From positions 59,464,862-59,528,861 of the forward strand of contig CM074511.1 in assembly GCA_037379345.1 (NCBI GenBank): DNA of 64,000 nucleotides, read 5' to 3'. The stretch is from Perna viridis. Lineage: Eukaryota. Of this stretch, positions 1 to 12,500 are shown in pieces. The notes under the pieces are model-generated. The model worked only from the letters and a program-made list of their open reading frames with translations. It was not told where the DNA came from and ran no database searches. Both the position numbers and the translations under genes were made by a program. The stretch's first letter is position 1, and every line of letters begins with the position of its first letter.

Positions 1-178
1 AGTGGACAATTTATTAATATAAAAACCGGTATATGTCCATTGAAATCTTTCAGTCATTTACCAATCACACTTGACATTTCCCGATGCCAAATAATTTTCT
101 TGGACAAAGAAGCGCTTGGCTTTAAGCAAGGGAAAATGAAGGATGTCAGCATAACATTGGCAATAATTTAATACTTAC

Positions 179-523
179 TTCCGTCTGTAGAGTTTGAATC
201 ATGCGTGAAGTTAGATTTGTCTGTGAAGTTGGACATGCATTCTACGGCAATATCGACCCCAGCATAACAATAGCTGTTTTCATAATGGGAACACTCGTTG
301 ATATCAACTTCGAACCCGATACAGTTGATACTGAAACCCGATGAATGGTAGTAATAATCCCGTTGACGGCTTGTAGCTATGCCTGTGTTTCCCATTCCCA
401 TATGTTTACATACAACAGTAGCTGTCACGTCGTTCCAATAGTCATCACAAATAGTCGACCAATTGCCAGAGTAAGTATTAAAGAACAAGACTCGACCTCC
501 ATCTCCAATCATAAGATCTATTT
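179..523 (-). CDS. SRCR repeat exon, leftmost copy (variant with 3 amino-acid changes)
   Basis: Same splice sites as the other copies. Encodes GNTG/DYYY/FEVD instead of GNKG/DYNY/FEAD. Confidence 0.9.
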
Positions 524-3500
524 CTGAAAGGAATTACAAATCCAATGAACATCTGGTAAAACAATGAAATGATAAGAGCGTTGCTTTCTTCAATGAGTTG
601 TAGTTATATGAATGTTTGTTATTGTATGTCGATATACATCATTGTTATTTTCAACTATTAACTAGATGTTCAATTGGATGAGTGAGCTACATTGTACTGA
701 TATTGTACTCCAAGAAACGCAATTGCATTTTCAGAAACAAAAATCAAATCATTCAAGAAAGTAGGTCATTTATAGAGATAGAGATATATTAGATCATCCG
801 ACGCACCTTCTTATAAATAAAAGCGAGTTTCTCCTAAAATGTAGAACACAATTAGCTTTGTGTTTGAGTTTTGCGCATTGGAACATTAATATGTGCGAAT
901 GTATTCTTGTCTTTCTCATATGTGGAAGAATTCTAAACAAATCTAATCGGATTGGTCTATGAGTAATGTTTAAGTAAAGGATAGCAATTGAACTGAGATT
1001 TTCCTGAAGCCGACGGAAATCCCGAAACAACGCGCCCAATAATACAATGACGATAAACATCATGTTGCAAAATGAGAAATCGACTTGGCGCCATGACTCC
1101 CAGGTATACATTTTGTCTCTGACTTTCTATGACCAAGTCGATTTCCAAATGAGTCATCTTCGTTACTCAAGTGGACAATTTATTAATATAAAAACCGGTT
1201 TATGTCCATTGAAATCTTTCAGTCATTTACCAATCACACTTGACATTTCCCGATGCCAAATAATTTTCTTGGACAAAGAAGCGCTTGGCTTTAAGCAAGG
1301 GAAAATGAAGGATGTCAGCATAACATTGGCAATAATTTAATACTTACTTCCGTCTGTAGAGTTTGAATCATGCGTGAAGTTAGATTTGTCTGTGAAGTTG
1401 GACATGCATTCTACGGCAATATCGACCCCAGCATAACAATAGCTGTTTTCATAATGGGAACACTCGTTGATATCAGCTTCGAACCCGATACAGTTGATAC
1501 TGAAACCCGATGAATGGTAGTTATAATCCCGTTGACGGCTTGTAGCTATGCCTTTGTTTCCCATTCCCATATGTTTACATACAACAGTAGCTGTCACGTC
1601 GTTCCAATAGTCATCACAAATAGTCGACCAATTGCCAGAGTAAGTATTAAAGAACAAGACTCGACCTCCATCTCCAATCATAAGATCTATTTCTGAAAGG
1701 AATTACAAATCCAATGAACATCTGGTAAAACAATGAAATGATAAGAGCGTTGCTTTCTTCAATGAGTTGTAGTTATATGAATGTTTGTTATTGTATGTCG
1801 ATATACATCATTGTTATTTTCAACTATTAACCAGATGTTCAATTGGATGAGTGAGCTACATTGTACTGATATTGTACTGCAAGAAACACAATGGCATTTT
1901 CAGAAACAAAAATCAAATCATTCAAGAAAGTAGGTCATTTATAGAGATAGAGATATATTAGATCATCCGATGCACCTTATTATAAATAAAAGCGAGTTTC
2001 TCCTAAAATGTAGAACACAATTAGCTTTGTGTTTGAGTTTTGCGCATTGGAACATTAATATGTGCGAATGTATTCTTGTCTTTCTCATATGTGGAAGAAT
2101 TCTAAACAAATCTAATCGGATTGGTCTATGAGTAATGTTTAAGTAAAGGATAGCAATTGAACTGAGATTTTCCTGAAGCCGACGGAAATCCCGAAACAAC
2201 GCGCCCAATAATACAATGACGATAAACATCATGTTGCAAAATGAGAAATCGACTTGGCGCCATGACTCCCAGGTATACATTTTGTCTCTGACTTTCTATG
2301 ACCAAGTCGATTTCCAAATGAGTCATCTTCGTTACTCAAGTGGACAATTTATTAATATAAAAACCGGTTTATGTCCATTGAAATCTTTCAGTCATTTACC
2401 AATCACACTTGACATTTCCCGATGGCAAATAATTTTCTTGGACAAAGAAGCGCTTGGCTTTAAGCAAGGGAAAATGAAGGATGTCAGCATAACATTGGCA
2501 ATAATTTAATACTTACTTCCGTCTGTAGAGTTTGAATCATGCGTGAAGTTAGATTTGTCTGTGAAGTTGGACATGCATTCTACGGCAATATCGACCCCAG
2601 CATAACAATAGCTGTTTTCATAATGGGAACACTCGTTGATATCAGCTTCGAACCCGATACAGTTGATACTGAAACCCGATGAATGGTAGTTATAATCCCG
2701 TTGACGGCTTGTAGCTATGCCTTTGTTTCCCATTCCCATATGTTTACATACAACAGTAGCTGTCACGTCGTTCCAATAGTCATCACAAATAGTCGACCAA
2801 TTGCCAGAGTAAGTATTAAAGAACAAGACTCGACCTCCATCTCCAATCATAAGATCTATTTCTGAAAGGAATTACAAATCCAATGAACATCTGGTAAAAC
2901 AATGAAATGATAAGAGCGTTGCTTTCTTCAATGAGTTGTAGTTATATGAATGTTTGTTATTGTATGTCGATATACATCATTGTTATTTTCAACTATTAAC
3001 CAGATGTTCAATTGGATGAGTGAGCTACATTGTACTGATATTGTACTGCAAGAAACACAATGGCATTTTCAGAAACAAAAATCAAATCATTCAAGAAAGT
3101 AGGTCATTTATAGAGATAGAGATATATTAGATCATCCGATGCACCTTATTATAAATAAAAGCGAGTTTCTCCTAAAATGTAGAACACAATTAGCTTTGTG
3201 TTTGAGTTTTGCGCATTGGAACATTAATATGTGCGAATGTATTCTTGTCTTTCTCATATGTGGAAGAATTCTAAACAAATCTAATCGGATTGGTCTATGA
3301 GTAATGTTTAAGTAAAGGATAGCAATTGAACTGAGATTTTCCTGAAGCCGACGGAAATCCCGAAACAACGCGCCCAATAATACAATGACGATAAACATCA
3401 TGTTGCAAAATGAGAAATCGACTTGGCGCCATGACTCCCAGGTATACATTTTGTCTCTGACTTTCTATGACCAAGTCGATTTCCAAATGAGTCATCTTCG

Positions 3501-6500
3501 TTACTCAAGTGGACAATTTATTAATATAAAAACCGGTTTATGTCCATTGAAATCTTTCAGTCATTTACCAATCACACTTGACATTTCCCGATGGCAAATA
3601 ATTTTCTTGGACAAAGAAGCGCTTGGCTTTAAGCAAGGGAAAATGAAGGATGTCAGCATAACATTGGCAATAATTTAATACTTACTTCCGTCTGTAGAGT
3701 TTGAATCATGCGTGAAGTTAGATTTGTCTGTGAAGTTGGACATGCATTCTACGGCAATATCGACCCCAGCATAACAATAGCTGTTTTCATAATGGGAACA
3801 CTCGTTGATATCAGCTTCGAACCCGATACAGTTGATACTGAAACCCGATGAATGGTAGTTATAATCCCGTTGACGGCTTGTAGCTATGCCTTTGTTTCCC
3901 ATTCCCATATGTTTACATACAACAGTAGCTGTCACGTCGTTCCAATAGTCATCACAAATAGTCGACCAATTGCCAGAGTAAGTATTAAAGAACAAGACTC
4001 GACCTCCATCTCCAATCATAAGATCTATTTCTGAAAGGAATTACAAATCCAATGAACATCTGGTAAAACAATGAAATGATAAGAGCGTTGCTTTCTTCAA
4101 TGAGTTGTAGTTATATGAATGTTTGTTATTGTATGTCGATATACATCATTGTTATTTTCAACTATTAACCAGATGTTCAATTGGATGAGTGAGCTACATT
4201 GTATTGATATTGTACTGCAAGAAACGCAATTGCATTTTCAGAAACAAACATCAAATCATTCAAGAAAGTAGGTCATTTATAGAGATAGAGATATATTAGA
4301 TCATCCGACGCACCTTCTTATAAATAAAAGCGAGTTTCTTCTAAAATGTAGAACACAATTAGCTTTGTGTTTGAGTTTTGCGCATTGGAACATTAATATG
4401 TGCGAATGTATTCTTGTCTTTCTCATATGTGGAAGAATTCTAAACAAATCTAATCGGATTGGACTATGAGTAATGCTTAAGTAAAAGATAGCAATGGAAC
4501 TGAGATTTTTCTGAAGCCGACAGAAATCCCGGAACAACGCGCCCAATAATACAATGACGATAAACATCATGTTGCAAAATGAGAAATCGACTTGGCGCCA
4601 TGACTCCCAGGTATACATTTTGTCTCTGACTTTCTATGACCAAGTCGATTTCCAAATGAGTCATCTTCGTTACTCAAGTGGACAATTTATTTATATAAAA
4701 ACCGGTATATGTCCATTGAAATCTTTCAGTCATTTACCAATCACACTTGACATTTCCCGATGGCAAATAATTTTCTTGGACAAAGAAGCGCTTGGCTTTA
4801 AGCAAGGGAAAATGAAGGATGTCAGCATAACATTGGCAATAATTTAATACTTACTTCCGTCTGTAGAGTTTGAATCATGCGTGAAGTTAGATTTGTCTGT
4901 GAAGTTGGACATGCATTCTACGGCAATATCGACCCCAGCATAACAATAGCTGTTTTCATAATGGGAACACTCGTTGATATCAGCTTCGAACCCGATACAG
5001 TTGATACTGAAACCCGATGAATGGTAGTTATAATCCCGTTGACGGCTTGTAGCTATGCCTTTGTTTCCCATTCCCATATGTTTACATACAACAGTAGCTG
5101 TCACGTCGTTCCAATAGTCATCACAAATAGTCGACCAATTGCCAGAGTAAGTATTAAAGAACAAGACTCGACCTCCATCTCCAATCATAAGATCTATTTC
5201 TGAAAGGAATTACAAATCCAATGAACATCTGGTAAAACAATGAAATGATAAGAGCGTTGCTTTCTTCAATGAGTTGTAGTTATATGAATGTTTGTTATTG
5301 TATGTCGATATACATCATTGTTATTTTCAACTATTAACCAGATGTTCAATTGGATGAGTGAGCTACATTGTACTGATATTGTACTGCAAGAAACACAATG
5401 GCATTTTCAGAAACAAAAATCAAATCATTCAAGAAAGTAGGTCATTTATAGAGATAGAGATATATTAGATCATCCGATGCACCTTATTATAAATAAAAGC
5501 GAGTTTCTCCTAAAATGTAGAACACAATTAGCTTTGTGTTTGAGTTTTGCGCATTGGAACATTAATATGTGCGAATGTATTCTTGTCTTTCTCATATGTG
5601 GAAGAATTCTAAACAAATCTAATCGGATTGGTCTATGAGTAATGTTTAAGTAAAGGATAGCAATTGAACTGAGATTTTCCTGAAGCCGACGGAAATCCCG
5701 AAACAACGCGCCCAATAATACAATGACGATAAACATCATGTTGCAAAATGAGAAATCGACTTGGCGCCATGACTCCCAGGTATACATTTTGTCTCTGACT
5801 TTCTATGACCAAGTCGATTTCCAAATGAGTCATCTTCGTTACTCAAGTGGACAATTTATTAATATAAAAACCGGTTTATGTCCATTGAAATCTTTCAGTC
5901 ATTTACCAATCACACTTGACATTTCCCGATGGCAAATAATTTTCTTGGACAAAGAAGCGCTTGGCTTTAAGCAAGGGAAAATGAAGGATGTCAGCATAAC
6001 ATTGGCAATAATTTAATACTTACTTCCGTCTGTAGAGTTTGAATCATGCGTGAAGTTAGATTTGTCTGTGAAGTTGGACATGCATTCTACGGCAATATCG
6101 ACCCCAGCATAACAATAGCTGTTTTCATAATGGGAACACTCGTTGATATCAGCTTCGAACCCGATACAGTTGATACTGAAACCCGATGAATGGTAGTTAT
6201 AATCCCGTTGACGGCTTGTAGCTATGCCTTTGTTTCCCATTCCCATATGTTTACATACAACAGTAGCTGTCACGTCGTTCCAATAGTCATCACAAATAGT
6301 CGACCAATTGCCAGAGTAAGTATTAAAGAACAAGACTCGACCTCCATCTCCAATCATAAGATCTATTTCTGAAAGGAATTACAAATCCAATGAACATCTG
6401 GTAAAACAATGAAATGATAAGAGCGTTGCTTTCTTCAATGAGTTGTAGTTATATGAATGTTTGTTATTGTATGTCGATATACATCATTGTTATTTTCAAC

Positions 6501-9500
6501 TATTAACCAGATGTTCAATTGGATGAGTGAGCTACATTGTACTGATATTGTACTGCAAGAAACACAATGGCATTTTCAGAAACAAAAATCAAATCATTCA
6601 AGAAAGTAGGTCATTTATAGAGATAGAGATATATTAGATCATCCGATGCACCTTATTATAAATAAAAGCGAGTTTCTCCTAAAATGTAGAACACAATTAG
6701 CTTTGTGTTTGAGTTTTGCGCATTGGAACATTAATATGTGCGAATGTATTCTTGTCTTTCTCATATGTGGAAGAATTCTAAACAAATCTAATCGGATTGG
6801 TCTATGAGTAATGTTTAAGTAAAGGATAGCAATTGAACTGAGATTTTCCTGAAGCCGACGGAAATCCCGAAACAACGCGCCCAATAATACAATGACGATA
6901 AACATCATGTTGCAAAATGAGAAATCGACTTGGCGCCATGACTCCCAGGTATACATTTTGTCTCTGACTTTCTATGACCAAGTCGATTTCCAAATGAGTC
7001 ATCTTCGTTACTCAAGTGGACAATTTATTAATATAAAAACCGGTTTATGTCCATTGAAATCTTTCAGTCATTTACCAATCACACTTGACATTTCCCGATG
7101 GCAAATAATTTTCTTGGACAAAGAAGCGCTTGGCTTTAAGCAAGGGAAAATGAAGGATGTCAGCATAACATTGGCAATAATTTAATACTTACTTCCGTCT
7201 GTAGAGTTTGAATCATGCGTGAAGTTAGATTTGTCTGTGAAGTTGGACATGCATTCTACGGCAATATCGACCCCAGCATAACAATAGCTGTTTTCATAAT
7301 GGGAACACTCGTTGATATCAGCTTCGAACCCGATACAGTTGATACTGAAACCCGATGAATGGTAGTTATAATCCCGTTGACGGCTTGTAGCTATGCCTTT
7401 GTTTCCCATTCCCATATGTTTACATACAACAGTAGCTGTCACGTCGTTCCAATAGTCATCACAAATAGTCGACCAATTGCCAGAGTAAGTATTAAAGAAC
7501 AAGACTCGACCTCCATCTCCAATCATAAGATCTATTTCTGAAAGGAATTACAAATCCAATGAACATCTGGTAAAACAATGAAATGATAAGAGCGTTGCTT
7601 TCTTCAATGAGTTGTAGTTATATGAATGTTTGTTATTGTATGTCGATATACATCATTGTTATTTTCAACTATTAACCAGATGTTCAATTGGATGAGTGAG
7701 CTACATTGTATTGATATTGTACTGCAAGAAACGCAATTGCATTTTCAGAAACAAACATCAAATCATTCAAGAAAGTAGGTCATTTATAGAGATAGAGATA
7801 TATTAGATCATCCGACGCACCTTCTTATAAATAAAAGCGAGTTTCTTCTAAAATGTAGAACACAATTAGCTTTGTGTTTGAGTTTTGCGCATTGGAACAT
7901 TAATATGTGCGAATGTATTCTTGTCTTTCTCATATGTGGAAGAATTCTAAACAAATCTAATCGGATTGGACTATGAGTAATGCTTAAGTAAAAGATAGCA
8001 ATGGAACTGAGATTTTTCTGAAGCCGACAGAAATCCCGGAACAACGCGCCCAATAATACAATGACGATAAACATCATGTTGCAAAATGAGAAATCGACTT
8101 GGCGCCATGACTCCCAGGTATACATTTTGTCTCTGACTTTCTATGACCAAGTCGATTTCCAAATGAGTCATCTTCGTTACTCAAGTGGACAATTTATTTA
8201 TATAAAAACCGGTATATGTCCATTGAAATCTTTCAGTCATTTACCAATCACACTTGACATTTCCCGATGGCAAATAATTTTCTTGGACAAAGAAGCGCTT
8301 GGCTTTAAGCAAGGGAAAATGAAGGATGTCAGCATAACATTGGCAATAATTTAATACTTACTTCCGTCTGTAGAGTTTGAATCATGCGTGAAGTTAGATT
8401 TGTCTGTGAAGTTGGACATGCATTCTACGGCAATATCGACCCCAGCATAACAATAGCTGTTTTCATAATGGGAACACTCGTTGATATCAGCTTCGAACCC
8501 GATACAGTTGATACTGAAACCCGATGAATGGTAGTTATAATCCCGTTGACGGCTTGTAGCTATGCCTTTGTTTCCCATTCCCATATGTTTACATACAACA
8601 GTAGCTGTCACGTCGTTCCAATAGTCATCACAAATAGTCGACCAGTTGCCAGAGTAAGTATTAAAGAACAAGACTCGACCTCCATCTCCAATCATAAGAT
8701 CTATTTCTGAAAGGAATTACAAATCCAATGAACATCTGGTAAAACAATGAAATGATAAGAGCGTTGCTTTCTTCAATGAGTTGTAGTTATATGAATGTTT
8801 GTTATTGTATGTCGATATACATCATTGTTATTTTCAACTATTAACCAGATGTTCAATTGGATGAGTGAGCTACATTGTATTGATATTGTACTGCAAGAAA
8901 CGCAATTGCATTTTCAGAAACAAACATCAAATCATTCAAGAAAGTAGGTCATTTATAGAGATAGAGATATATTAGATCATCCGACGCACCTTCTTATAAA
9001 TAAAAGCGAGTTTCTTCTAAAATGTAGAACACAATTAGCTTTGTGTTTGAGTTTTGCGCATTGGAACATTAATATGTGCGAATGTATTCTTGTCTTTCTC
9101 ATATGTGGAAGAATTCTAAACAAATCTAATCGGATTGGTCTATGAGTAATGTTTAAGTAAAAGATAGCAATTGAACTGAGATTTTCCTGAAGCCGACAGA
9201 AATCCCGAAACAACGCGCCCAATAATACAATGACGATAAACATCATGTTGCAAAATGAGAAATCGACTTGGCGCCATGACTCCCAGGTATACATTTTGTC
9301 TCTGACTTTCTATGACCAAGTCGATTTCCAAATGAGTCATCTTCGTTACTCAAGTGGACAATTTATTAATATAAAAACCGGTTTATGTCCATTGAAATCT
9401 TTCAGTCATTTACCAATCACACTTGACATTTCCCGATGCCAAATAATTTTCTTGGACAAAGAAGCGCTTGGCTTTAAGCAAGGGAAAATGAAGGATGTCA

Positions 9501-12500
9501 GCATAACATTGGCAATAATTTAATACTTACTTCCGTCTGTAGAGTTTGAATCATGCGTGAAGTTAGATTTGTCTGTGAAGTTGGACATGCATTCTACGGC
9601 AATATCGACCCCAGCATAACAATAGCTGTTTTCATAATGGGAACACTCGTTGATATCAGCTTCGAACCCGATACAGTTGATACTGAAACCCGATGAATGG
9701 TAGTTATAATCCCGTTGACGGCTTGTAGCTATGCCTTTGTTTCCCATTCCCATATGTTTACATACAACAGTAGCTGTCACGTCGTTCCAATAGTCATCAC
9801 AAATAGTCGACCAGTTGCCAGAGTAAGTATTAAAGAACAAGACTCGACCTCCATCTCCAATCATAAGATCTATTTCTGAAAGGAATTACAAATCCAATGA
9901 ACATCTGGTAAAACAATGAAATGATAAGAGCGTCGCTTTCTTCAATAAGTTGTAGTTACATGAATGTTTGTTATTGTATGTCGATATACATCATTGTTAT
10001 TTTCAACTATTAACCAGATGTTCAATTGGATGAGTGAGCTACGTTGTACTGATATTGTACTGCAAGAAACGCAATTGCATTTTCAGAAACAAACATCAAA
10101 TCATTCAAGAAAGTAGGTCATTTATAGAGATAGAGATATATTAGATCATCCGACGCACCTTCTTATAAATAAAAGCGAGTTTCTTCTAAAATGTAGAACA
10201 CAATTAGCTTTGTGTTTGAGTTTTGCGCATTGGAACATTAATATGTGCGAATGTATTCTTGTCTTTCTCATATGTGGAAGAATTCTAAACAAATCTAATC
10301 GGATTGGTCTATGAGTAATGTTTAAGTAAAAGATAGCAATTGAACTGAGATTTTCCTGAAGCCGACAGAAATCCCGAAACAACGCGCCCAATAATACAAT
10401 GACGATAAACATCATGTTGCAAAATGAGAAATCGACTTGGCGCCATGACTCCCAGGTATACATTTTGTCTCTGACTTTCTATGACCAAGTCGATTTCCAA
10501 ATGAGTCATCTTCGTTACTCAAGTGGACAATTTATTAATATAAAAACCGGTTTATGTCCATTGAAATCTTTCAGTCATTTACCAATCACACTTGACATTT
10601 CCCGATGCCAAATAATTTTCTTGGACAAAGAAGCGCTTGGCTTTAAGCAAGGGAAAATGAAGGATGTCAGCATAACATTGGCAATAATTTAATACTTACT
10701 TCCGTCTGTAGAGTTTGAATCATGCGTGAAGTTAGATTTGTCTGTGAAGTTGGACATGCATTCTACGGCAATATCGACCCCAGCATAACAATAGCTGTTT
10801 TCATAATGGGAACACTCGTTGATATCAGCTTCGAACCCGATACAGTTGATACTGAAACCCGATGAATGGTAGTTATAATCCCGTTGACGGCTTGTAGCTA
10901 TGCCTTTGTTTCCCATTCCCATATGTTTACATACAACAGTAGCTGTCACGTCGTTCCAATAGTCATCACAAATAGTCGACCAGTTGCCAGAGTAAGTATT
11001 AAAGAACAAGACTCGACCTCCATCTCCAATCATAAGATCTATTTCTGAAAGGAATTACAAATCCAATGAACATCTGGTAAAACAATGAAATGATAAGAGC
11101 GTTGTTTTCTTCAATGAATTGTAGTTATATGAGTCTTTGTTATTGTATGTCGATATACATCATTGTTATTTTCAACTATTAACCAGATGGTCAATTGGAT
11201 GAGTGAGCTACATTGTATTGATATTGTACTGCAAGAAACGCAATTGCATTTTCAGAAACAAACATCAAATCATTCAAGAAAGTAGGTCATTTATAGAGAT
11301 AGAGATATATTAGATCATCCGACGCACCTTCTTATAAATAAAAGCGAGTTTCTTCTAAAATGTAGAACACAATTAGCTTTGTGTTTGAGTTTTGCGCATT
11401 GGAACATTAATATGTGCGAATGTATTCTTGTCTTTCTCATATGTGGAAGAATTCTAAACAAATCTAATCGGATTGGTCTATGAGTAATGTTTAAGTAAAA
11501 GATAGCAATGGAACTGAGATTTTCCTGAAGCCGACAGAAATCCCGAAACAACGCGCCCAATAATACAATGACGATAAACATCATGTTGCAAAATGAGAAA
11601 TCGACTTGGCGCCATGACTCCCAGGTATACATTTTGTCTCTGACTTTCTATGACCAAGTCGATTTCCAAATGAGTCATCTTCGTTACTCAAGTGGACAAT
11701 TTATTAATATAAAAACCGGTTTATGTCCATTGAAATCTTTCAGTCATTTACCAATCACACTTGACATTTCCCGATGCCAAATAATTTTCTTGGACAAAGA
11801 AGCGCTTGGCTTTAAGCAAGGGAAAATGAAGGATGTCAGCATAACATTGGCAATAATTTAATACTTACTTCCGTCTGTAGAGTTTGAATCATGCGTGAAG
11901 TTAGATTTGTCTGTGAAGTTGGACATGCATTCTACGGCAATATCGACCCCAGCATAACAATAGCTGTTTTCATAATGGGAACACTCGTTGATATCAGCTT
12001 CGAACCCGATACAGTTGATACTGAAACCCGATGAATGGTAGTTATAATCCCGTTGACGGCTTGTAGCTATGCCTTTGTTTCCCATTCCCATATGTTTACA
12101 TACAACAGTAGCTGTCACGTCGTTCCAATAGTCATCACAAATAGTCGACCAGTTGCCAGAGTAAGTATTAAAGAACAAGACTCGACCTCCATCTCCAATC
12201 ATAAGATCTATTTCTGAAAGGAATTACAAATCCAATGAACATCTGGTAAAACAATGAAATGATAAGAGCGTTGCTTTCTTCAATGAGTTGTAGTTATATG
12301 AATGTTTGTTATTGTATGTCGATATACATCATTGTTATTTTCAACTATTAACCAGATGTTCAATTGGATGAGTGAGCTACATTGTACTGATATTGTACTG
12401 CAAGAAAAGCAATTGCATTTTCAGAAACAAAAATCAAATCATTCAAGAAAGTAGGTCATTTATAGAGATAGAGATATATTAGATCATCCGACGCACCTTC

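Noticed and set aside
168-512. Reading each unit as a stand-alone 114-aa gene
   Set aside because: There is no signal peptide for a disulfide-rich domain, and canonical acceptor and donor sites flank it in matching phase.
345-527. 60-aa plus-strand ORF in each unit
   Set aside because: Antisense shadow of the SRCR exon.
790-959. Possible decayed MITE in the repeat intron (tagatcatccga ... tcggattggtcta)
   Set aside because: The TIR match is short and gapped, and no TSD is visible.
794-1340. Repeated 105-aa, 66-aa and 97-aa ORFs in each unit
   Set aside because: They lie in the intron, show no domain motifs and accumulate replacement changes freely. The 105-aa ORF is broken by a stop in the unit at ~17160-17480. 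They recur only because the DNA is repeated.
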